Shown here: piece after piece, positions 14,000 through 28,142 of the stretch
Layout: each line of letters opens with the position of its first letter
Position numbering within the stretch: position 1 is the stretch's first letter
DNA from: Vicugna vicugna
Taxonomy: Eukaryota
Reading direction: 5' to 3'
Length of the DNA: 60,460 nt
Assembly: GCA_013265495.1 (NCBI GenBank)
Contig: MU058198.1
Span: forward strand, 4,405,579 to 4,466,038
Notes under the pieces: model-generated
What the model saw: only the letters and a program-made list of their open reading frames with translations
What the model was told of the DNA's origin: nothing
The model's database searches: none
Made by a program: the position numbers and the translations under genes

Positions 14000-14200
14000 T
14001 TTCTTTGCCTAGCCCTGTGTTAAATGTTTCACTTGGATTGGCCCACTCAGTCCTCAGAGCCAACTCATACATTGAGGGCTATCCTTAGCCTTTCTTCACA
14101 GATGAGGAAACTGAGGCTCAGAGTAGTTTAGTTAAGTTGCGTAAGGTCAGCTAGCTAGGAAGAGGGTGGAGCTGATGTTTAAACCCTGACTGCAAGACCA
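14000..14200 (-). mobile_element. MIR
   Basis: Core acagatgaggaaactgaggctcagag. Confidence 0.8.
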
Positions 14201-14244
14201 GGGTTAAAGTTTCCCAATAATTTTAACCTGCACTCATTCCCCTC

Positions 14245-14826
14245 CTTTTTATTTTGTTTTTTATTGAAGTAGAGTCGGTTTACAATGTTGTGGTAATTTC
14301 TAGTGCACAGCATAGTGATTCAGTTATACATATATATGTATATATTCCTTTTCATGTTCTTTTTCATAATGAGCTATTAGAAGATATTGACTGTAGTTCC
14401 CTGTGCTCTGCAGGAGGACCTTATTGTTTATTTTATTTATTTGTTTGTTTGTTTATGTGGGGAAAGGTAATGAGGGTTACTTATTTATTCTTGGAGGAGG
14501 TACTGGGAATTGAACCCAGGACCTCATGCATACTAAGCATGTACTCTACCACGTGAGCTATACCCTCCCCCTATCTATTTAATATATAGAAGTTAGTAGC
14601 TGTGAATCCCAAACTTCCAGTTTCTCTTTTCACCCTCCCCTTTCCCCCTGGTAACCATAAGTTCGTTTTCTATGTCTATGAGTTTTGTAAATAAGTTCAT
14701 CTGTGTCAGTTTTTAGATTCCACATATAAGAGATATCATATGGTACTTTTCTTTCTCTTTCTGGCTTACCTCAGTTAGCATAATGACCTCCAGGTCCATC
14801 CGTATTGCTGCAAATGGCGTTATTTC
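14245..14826 (-). mobile_element. L1 3' end with nested SINE
   Basis: ttttattgaagtagagtcggtttacaatgttgt...agattccacatataag; flanking repeat ccctcctttttat. Confidence 0.85.
14428..14571 (-). mobile_element. tRNA-Ala-derived SINE (vic-1-like) nested in L1
   Basis: ggaggtactgggaattgaacccagg...gagctataccctcccc. Confidence 0.88.
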
Positions 14827-15659
14827 TTCCCTCCTTTTTATATTAGTCATGTAAATAAAATCTTGATTCTTATACTTCAGTAACATTTGTAATAAGCATG
14901 AAGTTGTAGCTTGTCCTTTAGACGCGTCTAATTCTCACAAACTGGGGATAATTTTCAAGCCTTGTTTTTTCCTAGTTCATGAAAATAAGCTTTTTACTCT
15001 TTCCAAATGTAAAAGTATATATATTATCTATCTATGCCTTGTAGATGCTATATGGTAATTCTGATGCTCCGGGACCTACAGAGTATGGCTAAACTTGTTA
15101 GAACTGAGTGAAAAGAGCAAGTAGGCTCTCAATTAAGGCCAGGGTGGTTTCCTGGGGTGAAAAATGCATTGATGTTTGTGTATGGTTGTTGTAGAATTGA
15201 ACCTGGCTCTTTGATGTCTGGTTTTTTTGCATTTTCTTCATTGGGAACGTTACCACATAAATGTTAACTAGACTTTAGGTCTCAGTAAGAGTCAGTCTTT
15301 TTAGTTTACCTGTGAGAAGTAATAGCTCTCTTAAAAGTTTTGTCTTAGAAGAGGCAAGACATTAGCAGATGGCTTGGAAAACACTGAAACATTTGGAAAA
15401 TTCTTGCTAGCCTATAAGTAAATCTCTCATGATCAGTTTGTGATTTGATATCAGATTCTCAGTGTAAAGCTTAGCTGATATAAGCTGAGACTTGTATCCA
15501 CTGGACTTTGACTGGATGTGCCTAGGGTCACATGTAATTAAACAGAAGACCCTTTAGCGTGGCCCTTCCTTTAAATAGTAGCGAAATCCACTTGAGTGTC
15601 TGCATTTTTGCAGTAATAAGCTACCTGACTCATCTTTCTTCTCTCTCATCTTCCCACAG

Positions 15660-15721
15660 ATTGAAACCTGTCCTATCAAAACCCATTTTAGACTTACATT
15701 CAGAGGACACCCTTCAAATAG
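15660..15721 (+). CDS. LCMT1: LCMT1 exon 5 (62 nt): LKPVLSKPILDLHSEDTLQI(D)
   Basis: Long pyrimidine tract + cacAG acceptor; non-canonical donor AG|GCAAGT; phases fit exons 4 and 6. Confidence 0.93.
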
Positions 15722-15795
15722 GCAAGTATCCTTAACCTAAGTAATACCCCGTGGGCTGTGTAACAATTTTTGTTCTTTTCCCCCTTTTTAAAGAT

Positions 15796-15796
<1 letters not shown>

Positions 15797-15834
<38 letters not shown>
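15797..15834. repeat. (GT)19 microsatellite
   Basis: Direct reading. Confidence 0.98.
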
Positions 15835-15836
<2 letters not shown>

Positions 15837-16956
15837 ATATACATGTATCTACAGATGTGTCTGCTGATACATTTTCACCTTCATTGCAGTTACCGTGAAG
15901 GAATTTAAAACAATTTTTGGTATGACTCTTCTTAGAGGTTCATAGATTCCCCAACCTGGAATCTTTTTAAAAAGAATTTTAGTCGCCAACATTTCAAAAG
16001 TAGATTTTTCATCAAAGAGTTGATTTCTAGTTTCGCCTATTAAAATCAGTTCTGGCGACATCAGACCACAGCTCCTACAAGACTTGACCATAGCTCCCCC
16101 ACACTTGGGGGAGGGGGTCCCTGTCCTCTCCAGTTCTGTCCCCACTACCCTCTTGTTTTATACCTGACCTGCTTCCTTGTTTATGTTTCCTCCTTGGCCG
16201 CTGCAGTCAGTTTTTCCCCCTCAAGTTTTCGTTATGAATGTTTCCAACAATACTTTCCTCATTTCTAAGCCTTTCCAGTTATAATGTAGCTCTTCCAGAA
16301 TCTTCCATTATTTTCAGTCTGTGTCTGACAGAGATGTTCAAGGGCCTTCTTAATAATTGGGGTTAGAAAGCATGCTTAGAGAGGATGGCCTTCTCAGAGG
16401 GTCGACACAGATAACACAGCGACGATCAGACAGTTACACGAGCCGCGTCATTCACACACCACTGTGCTTCAGTCATCCTCCTCGTGATCAGACTCCCAGT
16501 AGGTTGTCACAGAAAATAGCATCTGCCCCCATCCTTTGTTTCCCTTACTTAAATTCTAAGTAGAACCTATTCAGGCTTTGCCATTTGCTGGCCTATTTGC
16601 TTTCTCCACACTTTTGCTACCGTAATTCTCTATGTATTTGGTGAATATTTGTGTCAGAACGATTGTCTGTAATGAATGTGCTAGCACTTTGCTAGGACTT
16701 TGATCCATCAATGTAGAAATATATGAAGTAGAACGTAAAGACCTTCCTTCCATATTCCCTCCCACCCAAGATAACCGATGTTCAGAGTATTTCCTACTAT
16801 GGATGCACAGTATACCTAGAGAAAGGTGAATACCACATATAATAAAATATGTACTCAAATACTCAGTGCCTGGCATGTAAGAGATTCAGTAAATTTCTGT
16901 TGAACGAGTGTATGTACACATTGAATAAATACATGTTGTAGTTCAGCATGTATTTG

Positions 16957-17206
16957 GGTTTGGTTTTGTTTTGTTTTTTTAACTTTTTTTATTAAGTTAT
17001 AGTCATTTTACAATGTTGTGCCAAATTGCAGTGTAGAGCACAATTTTTCAGTTATACATGACCATACATATACTCATTGTCATATTTTCTTTTCGCTGTA
17101 TCACAAGATCTTGTGTATATTTCCCTGTGCTACACAGTATAATCTTGTGTATCTATTCTGCATATGCCTGTCAGTATCTACAAATTTTTAACTCCCAATC
17201 TATCCC
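16957..17206 (-). mobile_element. Short L1 3' end insertion
   Basis: T-rich tail, L1 3' UTR-like body, TSD ttca(g/a)catgtatttg. Confidence 0.8.
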
Positions 17207-18179
17207 TTCAACATGTATTTGTTGAATGAATCTATGCTTCTATATACAAATAGAGATTTATGTAATTTTAATCAAGTGAATAATTTATGCATACTGTTTT
17301 GTGACTTGCTCTTTTCTCATCCTAGTAAGTCATGGCTATCTTTTCATGTCAGTATATACAAGCGTACCTCATCATTTCTAGTGCATTTATAGTGCTCCTT
17401 TGCACAGAAATTCCATTTTATTTAATCTGTTCCCTACTGATGGTCATTTCAATTGCTGCCTTTTATTAAACAGTGTTGTAGAAAACCTGTGTATATGTGT
17501 GTTTGCAGGACTTACTAGCTCAAAGGACTGCACATTATGACTTTTAATTGCTGCTACCAAACTGATCTTCAAGACCCTTTGTATTACTTTATATTTTCAC
17601 TAAGAGTAGACGAGGATTCCCTTTCCCTACACCCTCATTAATACTAGGTATTATTTTTTTAAGTTGCCACCAATCTGATAGGCAGTAATGGTGTCCCGTT
17701 GTTTTAAAATTTTATATAACTCTGAATGCGAGATGGAGTATCTTTCTTTAGTTTCACTGGCCTTTGGGAATTTCTTCGTAAATTTCCTTTTCATTTCCTT
17801 TGTGCAACTTTTTTTTTCCAGTTGCATTGTTTCCTTTTTTTCCACTCCCAGTTTTTAGGAACCTTTTATAACATGAAGATATGTTCTTTGATACAAGCCC
17901 CTTGTCAACTTTTTTTATTGCAGATTTTTTTTTCTCACTCTTTTGCTTGTTTTTTAACTCTGTGTTTGTGTCTTATGTAGGAAAAATTTCCAGCCTTATC
18001 CTTTATAGTTTTTGACTTTCCCATTATACTACAAAAGGAAAATTTGAATAAAAATAAAAATGTGAATGAAAATCTGAGAGAAGTGGCAGATGGTAGTAAA
18101 ACTGACAAAATTTCATTTAAAAATTGCCCTAGTTCATCAGACCTGTGGGGCTGTGACTGTTAAGAATCACCACTATGTA

Positions 18180-18305
18180 TTTGCCAATAGGAAAGAAAAA
18201 ATGCCAGCAAATTAAACTGGTACATTATCGACTGTTAGATGCATCTTGATTTCAGAAATGTGAAGATGTGAGGAAAAAATGTGGCTTAGAATTGATGATA
18301 TGTGT
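18180..18305 (-). mobile_element. MER104-like DNA transposon fragment
   Basis: gatgcatcttgatttcagaaatgtgaagatgtg...ttagaattgatga. Confidence 0.55.
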
Positions 18306-18399
18306 TTTCTTAAGCTGAAATATGCATGGGGTTATAAAATGAAAAGTATGCAAGTGGGCACACAGTGAAAAGTCAGCCAGAATGAGTTCTTACAAAGTC

Positions 18400-18897
18400 A
18401 GTGAGGTTCTGTTACTTGCCTGCTTAAATCCTCTGTGTGCTTAAATCCACACGGTTAATCGGGCCTCTGTACCCCCCAGCCCGGTTTTATTTTCGACCGC
18501 AAGGGCTATGACCTCGCCCCACTGCCCTCCTGCCGTCCTCTGAACGTGCCAAGCTTGCTCTCACCTTGAAACCTTTCTTCTTCCCTCGGCCAGGAACTCT
18601 TTCCCTCTAATTTTCTTGATGGGCTCTGTCTCATCACCCACGTCTCATTCTTGCTGCCGCCTCCCATCTAGGCATCCTCCTCTCTCCTCCTCCTCCTATT
18701 TTCTTCATAGCACTTAATTCTCTGATGTTATCTTGATTCTTTAATGATGTATCAGCTCTCCCTCCCCTAGGGGATAAGTCTCCTATGAGCAGGGGCCTCT
18801 CCTGTCTTATCCATGACTGTATCCCATATCCCCAGCACCTCGAACAGCACCTGGTGCGCAGAGATTGTTGACTGAATAAATACTGAATGCTTGAATG
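18400..18897 (+). mobile_element. L2 3' fragment
   Basis: taagtctcctatgagcaggggcc...cccagcacctcgaacagcacctgg...aataaatactgaatg. Confidence 0.7.
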
Positions 18898-21119
18898 CGC
18901 GAACGTTGGTATTTGGGGACCCATTTCAACTCCTTTGTGGAACTGAATGAGTCTAAAGAAAAAACGACGACAAATCAAAGCATTTCAGAGTGGCTTCAGG
19001 CATTTCAGCTGAGCCCTAAGAAGGAGAAGCTCTCTAGGGAGAAGATCGTCTGGGACAAGACAAGCTTAGGGAAAGAAGGAGCATGCAAGAGGCTGGCGTG
19101 ACTGAAGCTGGCACTGGGGAGGGGTGCATGGTTCACGATGAAGCTAAGGAAGGCGGCAGGGGCTGCATCACATGGGCTGTCGTAGGCCACGCCAAGTTTC
19201 GACTCCGTTCTAAGGGAAGTGAGAACCTGTCACGTGCTCCCACAAGACTGCCTGCTTCTCTGTAACCTTCCCCACACTCAGCCTTGCCCGCTCTTCATCT
19301 TCCCTGCTGGATGGTAGGCCCCCTGGGGGCAGGACCATATCTTTTTGTTCATCAGTTTATTCCCTGAACTTGGCTCAGTGCCCAGGACATGGTGAGAGCT
19401 CAGTAAATATTACTGGGTGGACAGATGGGCAGGTGAACAAGCGAAACTTCTCTAGGGTCAGGAAACCCACCTGAGGCCGTCTCCATTTTAGAACCTCTTT
19501 TTTTAAACTAAAGAGTTCTAGGAAAATCCGTGGGCCTGAAAGAACACCTTGCAATCCTTAATAGTAAGTCTGTTCTTGAAGACAGACAGTGAATGGGATT
19601 GGTGGGATTCACTGCAGGTCAGTAGCACCTAGGAACACATCTCTTTTGAAATGCTGACTTGGAGGTCCCGGAAGCGATCATGACTATATGCACTGTGGAT
19701 TCTGTGTGTGGGTGTGTGTCTAACTGCTGTGTTAACATCGCGTAAATCTTCCCCTTTCTCATGCCTTTCATAGGCACGAGCTTAATGAGGCAGATGATTA
19801 GAGCCTGTATGAGTTTTCTGTCTAACAAACCACTGCAGAGCATGTGGCTTCAAACACCAGCCATCCGTGTAGCTCACGATTCTGCAGTTTGCCAGTTTGA
19901 AATCTCATTCTGGTGAGCAAGTTACTTTTCTCACCCATACTCAGGAGCATTCCAGATGCACCACGGTTTTTCCGTTGTGCCCGTGGTGTCTCACCAGTGT
20001 TAGAGTTTATAAAAATGGCATGTTTTTCTAGAGGAGTAAAGCTTCCCGAAACTTGCCCTGGGCCCTGTATCCTCTACAAGATACATCCTGCTTCTTGTGA
20101 AGGTAAGGCATCCTTCCAGGGCAGATAATGTGCCTTCTGTTTCTATACAGCTTGAGGAGCCCCTGACTTCAGAGGAGCCCCGGGAGCATGGTGGGTGGGG
20201 GATGAGTGATACTAGAGTCGTCCGATTCTGTCATTAATGAGACCTTGGGGTCAGTGCTTCCCAGGCCGTGTGCCGGCTTGCTGTGGCTGGGCCACTGCTG
20301 GGTACACCCAGGTCCTTGATTCTTGCAGCTCTGCCGTACCTTGTGCTCAATTTCTAAGAGTCATTATGACCATGTGCCATTTCGGTCTCACGTGCTACCT
20401 TTAGATCCACATCCTGAGTAAGACGTATCTCCCGTGACTTGTGTGGTCTGAGAGAACCACGTGCTTCAACATTCTGATGGTCTCTTTTGTGTGTGTGTGT
20501 GGTTAGGGATGGAAAAACTCATTATTAATATATATGTTATTTGGAAGAAAACACACAGACGTTTGGGAATCATTGCTCGTTTTCACAGCAGGGCGAGCAA
20601 GTGCCTTCACGTGCTTTGTATTCCTTCCCTGACTCGGGCTTGTGGTGCTCAGGGCTGACGCCGGGCTTCCCGGCCTTGCCCTTTGGTGGTTCCCTGACTT
20701 CTAGCAGGTTCCTGGGTGGCGGTTCTTTTAGCTTATGGTGGGTGGCCCAGTGTATTTGAATCAGCCAAATGGACTTCTCCAGAAAATAAGGGAACGCCTT
20801 ATTTTACACGCTGCTTTTAGTCTTCCCCACATTCCTTTGCTGTGGGTTCTCAGACTGGAACCTGAGTTCTTAGCAGTGATGCAGGCCGGCTGTCGGATAT
20901 TCCAGCTCTTTCCATGGTTTGTACCCTGGGGAAGTTGAGTGAACAATGCTTTGGGTAAACAGTCGTGCAGTTTTATTTCTTTTTTATTATAATCTATTTT
21001 GTAAACTTTTGATTGAAACCATTTTCAGGCATACACAAAAATACTGTGACTAGATGGATGAATCTCCACATACCATCCCTGACTTTAACTATTGCCTGTA
21101 CTAAAAATTGTGCCGGGAT

Positions 21120-21300
21120 TCTAAAAGTGTAGTCCCAGACTGACAGCACCAGCACCGTCTGGGGATCTTGTTAGAAATGGCACATTTCTACTTTTGGAAA
21201 ATCTCCTGGATCAGAACCTCAGGGCGCAGAACCTCATCAGTCTGTGTGTTAACAAGCCCTCTGAGTGATTCTGATAGCTGTCCAGGTTTGAGAACCACTA
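21120..21300. mobile_element. MER5-type hAT MITE
   Basis: cttgttagaaatg...aacaagccctctgagtgattctgat...gtttgagaaccact. Confidence 0.8.
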
Positions 21301-22010
21301 TATATACCATTCCATCCAAATCTCTGCTGGAATCTTTTAAAGCAAATATTTTATTTGTAACTACTTTAGTGTATATGCTATTTTCCTTTAAATATGACAT
21401 CCCACAGATTGGCAAAACACTTGGAGAGCAGCCCGCCAGTGGGTACCAATATTTAAATAGGCTTACTCTTTGATCTCCTGACTCTGCTCATTGTAACCTG
21501 CTTAACTGGATAAGTGCTTCATGGTATATATACAAGGATGCTCACTGCGGCACCTAGGTTGGAGTAAACTTGAAAATACTGTGTCTAATAGCGACAATTG
21601 GCAAAGTAAGTTTTATGCACTCCGTGGAGCACTGGGAAGTCATTACAGAGAATGATGTCCCTGATACTACTGTTAAATGGGAAAAGCCTTCAAAGCAAGT
21701 ATTGGGTGGTCCCATTTTCTCTTTGCTGTGCAGGGTGTGTGCTTGTGAGAGAGAAGAGGGAGAGGATGTGTCCGTGTTGTGTATATGAGTTTAAGTACAT
21801 AGGAAAAAGGCTAGAATGTTATATGCCAAAACACTAATAGTTATTTTTGGAAGGTGTGATTTTATTTAATTTTCACCTTCTTTTACCTGACTTTTTCTCA
21901 TAGTGAACATATATTTTTATAATGGAGAAAAACAAATTTGCTTTAGTTTTGAGAAAGCCATATCCATTGAAATTATGGTCTCTTCTTGATTAACTTCTGT
22001 TATATTATAA

Positions 22011-22133
<123 letters not shown>

Positions 22134-22937
22134 TGAGATTTTTTTTTTTTAACCTCTTACATTTGTGATTTTCTGCTATTTTGAGATAAGGCCAGTTAGA
22201 AGTACAGCATCATACCATGTACCATTTTTTCCCCCTGTAATCTTTGTAATTTCATAGCTGTTTAGAAAGGCTTTCTGAAATTTTTTTAGAAACAATGTTT
22301 CTTGAGTCTGTTTTCCTATTAGAATCACCTGTATTGCTTTTATAAAATACTGATGCCTAATACAAAATTTTGGGGAAGATAATTCTATGCATAGAAACAT
22401 ACGATTGTTAACACATAAAGAAAGGGTTAGCACCGATGTATAAAGAATAGCTACTGTTAACAAAAAGAGCCCTACAGAAAAATGGGCAAAGGATAGATGA
22501 CCTGGAGGTTTGAAGAAGAAACTGGTATCATATGAAAATGGTATTTCACTTCAGTAGTAACCAGGTGAAATTCTATTTCACTCCCACCAAGTTGGCAAAA
22601 ATATGAAAGTCTGACAATAGCAAGTGTTGCCAAGGGTGTTGGGGGAGAGGAATGGACATACACCAGGGGTGGAAGCAAGCTTGGTATGATCGTTGCAAGG
22701 GACAATCTGGAAGTGTCTCGTAAAATTGTAAATGTAGGTACCATGTGCTGGTGCAGCTCCGCTGTCGGCGTATCCCCCTGGGAAGGTCTACATGTGTGTA
22801 CAAGGAGGATGTTCATTGCAGCCTCCATTTTTAGTAGCAGAAAGTTAGAAACAATTTGAATGTTCATCAGGAGGAGAATGGATGGATGATAGGTAAAATG
22901 CATGACTTTGGAGAGAATTCAGAAACTTAATGTTGAG

Positions 22938-23078
22938 GTTTTTAAAAATAATTTCCATAGTTCTTTTCTTTATTTTTAAAAATTTATTATTATCTTTAAT
23001 GGAGGTGCTGGAGATTGAACCCAGGACCTCATGCATGCTAAGCACGTGCTTCACCACTGAGCTATACCCTCCCCCCAC
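22938..23078 (-). mobile_element. tRNA-Ala-derived SINE (vic-1-like) inside an old sense L1 (about 22440..23310)
   Basis: tRNA head on - strand; flanking repeat aacttaatgttgag. Confidence 0.88.
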
Positions 23079-23345
23079 AACTTAATGTTGAGTTTTAAAA
23101 AATGAAATTGCAGAGTAATATGCAGAGAGTGATACCAAATGTGCAAAATCAAACTCCCCAAATACCAAATTTTCATGATTACATATATACATCCCAGAAG
23201 TATTTTAAAAATGGACCAGAAGGGTTCACACCAAATTGTTGAGAGCGAGTACCACTGGGGAGCAGAGGAGCAGGGTGAGATGTGTGATTTTAGCACAGTG
23301 ATGCTGGTCACAATTAGATTGGAATTAAAGAGTTAATGGGAGATA

Positions 23346-23437
23346 CGAATATATGTGTGCATATGCAAGACTGGGACATTGTGCTGTACACCAGAACTTG
23401 ACACATAGTAATTGACTACACTTCAATTAAAAAAAAA
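23346..23437 (+). mobile_element. Heavily 5'-truncated L1 3' end
   Basis: Poly(A) tail and perfect TSD aaagagttaatgggagata. Confidence 0.8.
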
Positions 23438-23944
23438 AAGAGTTAATGGGAGATAAAGGCACATCTGCATGGTGTCCTGTACCTAAATGGACACTTCTAT
23501 AAAGAAGACATTCAGATGGCCAAGAGGCACATGAAAAGATGCTCAGCATCACTAATTATCAGAGAAATGCAAATCAAAACTACAGTGAGGTATCACCTAA
23601 CACCGGTCAGAATGGCCAGCATCAAAAAGTCTACAAATACATGGTCTACTGTAGGTGAAGATGACACTTTGAGGAATATTTGAGGTAACTCAAGTGAGAG
23701 GTTTGAAAGGAAGGTAAGAGAAAGTTACTTTAAAGAATAAATTGAACGTGAAGAATTAGTGACAAACGATGAAAGAAATAAGCAACTAGGGCTACCATTG
23801 CTGGAGGTTTTGAAGATCTAAAAAATGGACAAAAAACAATTGATGTAACAAGTATTAGAATTATATATTCTTCCTTGTGGTTTTATTGTGTTCTGTGTGT
23901 GACTTTAAGGGCTGTCTAGTCTTTGCTTTTCTTTCACTTATATA

Positions 23945-24100
23945 TATATTTTTAATTTAATTTATTATTTTTTAATTTTTGTTGGGAGGAGGTAGTTAGG
24001 TATACTTATTTATTTATTTTTGGAGGAGGTGCTGGGGATTGAACCCAGGACCTTGTGTGTGCAAAGCATGTGCTCTACCTCTTGAGCTATACCCTCCCCC
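23945..24100 (-). mobile_element. tRNA-Ala-derived SINE (vic-1-like)
   Basis: tRNA head on - strand; TSD ttcacttatat. Confidence 0.88.
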
Positions 24101-25916
24101 ACTTCACTTATATTTTGAAAAGTATTAATCCTACTTTTAATATTGCTAATGGTGACCTCTTACAAAATACATTGTAAAATATTTAACTTTTCACTTTCAA
24201 ATAATTCAAATATGCAGAAAAGTTGCAAAAAAAATTCTCATATAACCTCTACCTGGCTATTCCATGTGTCAATATCTTATGTAAATAATGGTTACCTTTT
24301 GCATTAAAAAAGATGCTTGAAACTGGATTTCTCTAAGTATTCAACCTATTAGGTGAGGTTTTGGAACTATTTCTCCCTCAGTCAGTTTTTCTAATTATTT
24401 CTATTGGTATAATCTCAGGTTTTAGACTTACACTATTGTTAATTTAAAAAAATCTTCTTTTTAATGTTTTTCTTTCTGATTTTCAGTTTTATTTACAACT
24501 CGTACTTGACAATTTTTCCTCTGGATCACTGTCCTCATTTTTTTGTACCAAGTTCCAAATGGGTCCAGGAAGCATTTAGAGATATATATGTAAATAAGTT
24601 ATATAACATTTTACTGTTACTAAAAGGGGGAAGTCCAGATGGGCAGAGCAGGTGGATAGTTGGTACCGTCAGGTCAGAGCCAGCGTTTACTTGCGGGCGC
24701 CCTCTCTCTGGCACAGTAATGGCACTGCGTCCGGCCGGACAGGTTTGAATTCTGAGGGAAGAATACACTAGACTTTGACCTTGGACAACTTATTTCACCT
24801 CTGTGTATCTCAGTTTCCTCCTTGAAAAATGATAAAATAACAGAACTCAGCAATAAATGTTAACAGAGGATAATGTGGAAAACTAGTTTTAAAAAATCTC
24901 ATTCATCTTGATAGTTTTAGTAGCTACTGCTGATGGTTCTGATGGTCCCAGAAGCAGATAAAAATCATCCCGATACCTGAACTCAGAGATAGCCACCTTA
25001 ATACATTTTATGCCAAAATTTGTAAATATGTATTTGCCTTTAAAATGTGACTGTGCTCTGCATACAGTTTGGGAACTTTTAAAAGAATCAAATGTATCTA
25101 GATACGTATGTATATGTATGTGCATATATATGTACGTATGTTCACTTATTTGTTCATTTATTTATTCACTCATTCATCAAATAGTTGAGAATCTACTGTG
25201 TACAGATACGAGAGAGCCGTGAACAAAACAGCTTACATTATCGTGTGTGGGAAAAAAGAGACATTAAACGGCTAATTGCATGGACTCTTTAATGACTCTT
25301 GAGGTACCTGCTTTGAAGAAGTATAGGGGAGCAAACAAAGAGGCCACTGGAGTCTGGGACCATGGAGAGCGTCCATGTCAGTAAATTCAGTGCTAAAGCA
25401 TCATACGTGTGAGCTTCCTGGCAGTCCACTGGGGGGATATGCCATGTTCTTTACAACTAATTTCTTATTGCACAACTGTTGCATAATTTCTTGTTTACAC
25501 AATTGATTCTAAGATTGCCACCAATAAAAACAGACAAAAATAACCCACTTGCTTTGTAGAAGAAATAGCAATCAGCAGTGAGGAATATCATTATTCAAAC
25601 GGCAGAGGGGGAGGGGAGGGTCCAGGGAAGGAGTCAGGGAAGGAGCAGTCATACATAAGCCAGGAGTAAACCAGTGGAGCTTGCATAATTTGGGGATGCC
25701 AGTGTTTCCTGTCCAAAGTTAAGGCTTTTAGGAATTTCTGCAGTTTATTGCTTTTCCTATTTCATAATTTATTCATTACTTTGGGCCTGGTAAATCAGAG
25801 TACATAATAACTAATGTAATTTCTTGAAGACTATTCATGTTGTTTTCAATTCTTGATAGTAAAAGCTTCTGTAAGAAGAATGATAGTCTGTTGAATGAGT
25901 ATCAGTCTCTCTAGAT

Positions 25917-26419
25917 TGTATCTGTCAGTTTTGGATGTGTAACAAATCCTTCCAACTTCAGTGGTTAAAAACAGCCCACAGCTGAGTTGCTCAGCATTCT
26001 GTGAGCTGACAGTTTGGGCTGGGCTTAGCTGGGTGGTTCTTCTGCTGGGGGCCAGGTTTAGCTGATATCCCCTGGGGTTCACTCAAGTGTGGACAGTGGG
26101 CAGGTCAGCAGGGCTGCCTCATTCTCATCCACAGGGCCTCCCCTCCTATAGCAAGCCAGCTTGGGCTCATTCACGTGGTGGGCTCAGGTTTCCAAGCGCA
26201 GCAGGAGAGCGAGCGCCAGTGTGCAAGTCATGTCCAGGCTTCTGCTTGTATCATGTCTGTTCCTGCTCCGTTGGCCAAATCACGTTACATGATGAACCCA
26301 GATTCCAGGGGAAGAATGATACACTCCACCTCCTGAGCGGGAGTATGTGCAGGTCCACATCACCGCAGTGTGGGTGCACAGTAGGGAAGAATGTGTAGCC
26401 ATTTTTACAGCCTACCACA
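25917..26419 (-). mobile_element. MaLR LTR (MLT1-type)
   Basis: tgtatctgtcag...gtgtaacaaatcc...ggctgggcttagctggg...cctaccaca. Confidence 0.75.
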
Positions 26420-26626
26420 CACAGTTAGCACATTTTCATCAGCCAGACAGAAATCATTGCTGATTGCTCACCTTTTACAGGATAAAACTCCGGGTCGTGA
26501 TGGGATTACACATGAATTACTGCATTGATTAGGTGATGCCAAAACCAGTGCTTCTGGTTTTCCTGGGTGTGAGCTGCCCTGCCAGTGCTGCAACGTATGT
26601 GAAATTGGAGAGTCCAAGTTCGATGA

Positions 26627-26944
<318 letters not shown>

Positions 26945-27399
26945 TGAGTTCCTGACTTCTTGCAAACTTCTATCCAGAGCTTTGGGAACGTCTGTTTTGG
27001 CCTTGTAAGAGTATTTTGAGTTCTTATTTTACCATCATGTTTACTATAAAGTCGTAGCTCTTGATGGAGGGGATTTTGGCTATCATCAGCGTAGGGGTAG
27101 CAAACTCAGATGCCTTCAGAGGCAGATATTAATGCAAATGGAGGAAGTTGTAATTAGTGTGGACTGGTGTAATTAGTGTAATTAGTGTGGACTGGTGAAC
27201 TGGGACCCCTGTGTCCCACTTCATGGGATGCCCGTGGTTTGGTTCCATGTGGGCCTAAAGTTGCCTGAACTCCCAGTTTTTTGAAGACAAGTTGCGTTTC
27301 TAACTTGAAATGCAAGGACTGTAATGTAAAATTTTCTAATTTCTAAAGTCACTGAGTTTGACCCATGGGTGGCCTGTTTTTCTTTCTGATCTAGCACTG

Positions 27400-27680
27400 C
27401 AAGGGTTATGTAGCTCCGCTCGCATCTGAATCCTGGCCCTAGACGTTATCATCAGCTCTGTGACCTGAGCAGAATGGCTAGGTGGTTGGGAGGTCATTCT
27501 CTGGAGGCAAACTGCCTCGCTGTGTGACTTGGACAAGTTACATAACCTCTCTGTTCCTGTTTCCTCATCTGAAAAATGAGGGTGATAATATCCCAAAATC
27601 ATCATTAATGAATGAGTTAATATATGTGTAAGCACTTACAGCATTGCCGACTATTAAGTAAGCTGTTACTAAGTTAGCTA
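27400..27680 (+). mobile_element. MIR
   Basis: tgtgacttggacaagttacataacctctctgttcctgtttcctcatctgaaaaatg. Confidence 0.8.
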
Positions 27681-27744
27681 TTTGAATGTCTCTGAGCCCC
27701 AGTTCTTTGTTCTTAAAAGAATAAGAATACCTACCTCTCAAGTC

Positions 27745-27843
27745 TTTTTTTTTTTTTAACATTTTTTTTGAGTTATAGTCATTTTACAATGTTATGTCAA
27801 ATACCAGTGTACAGCACAATTTTCAGTTATACATGAACATACG
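27745..27843 (-). mobile_element. Heavily truncated L1 3' end
   Basis: Poly(T), same body as 16957..17206, TSD tacctctcaagtctt. Confidence 0.8.
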
Positions 27844-27984
27844 TACCTCTCAAGTCTTAATAATTCAGATTAAATTTGTTGAGTGTATTAAAAAAACATA
27901 GCCAGCTCTCTGCATTATTATGGGGACTCGTGAGATGTTGAACAGCAATGGAGTGGTCATAAGCTCTGAGTACCTGTTAGCTAC

Positions 27985-28142
27985 TTTTATTGTTTTTTTT
28001 AGTTTAGCTTTATTGACTTTATATTTTGGGAGGGTGATAATCAGGTTTATTTATAATTTTTTTTAAGGGCAGTACTGGGCATTGAACCCAGGACCTCGTG
28101 CATGCTAGGCACGCACTCTACCACTGAGCTGTACCCTCCCCT
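27985..28142 (-). mobile_element. tRNA-Ala-derived SINE (vic-1-like)
   Basis: ttgaacccaggacctcgtgcatgctaggcacgcactctaccactgagct. Confidence 0.87.
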
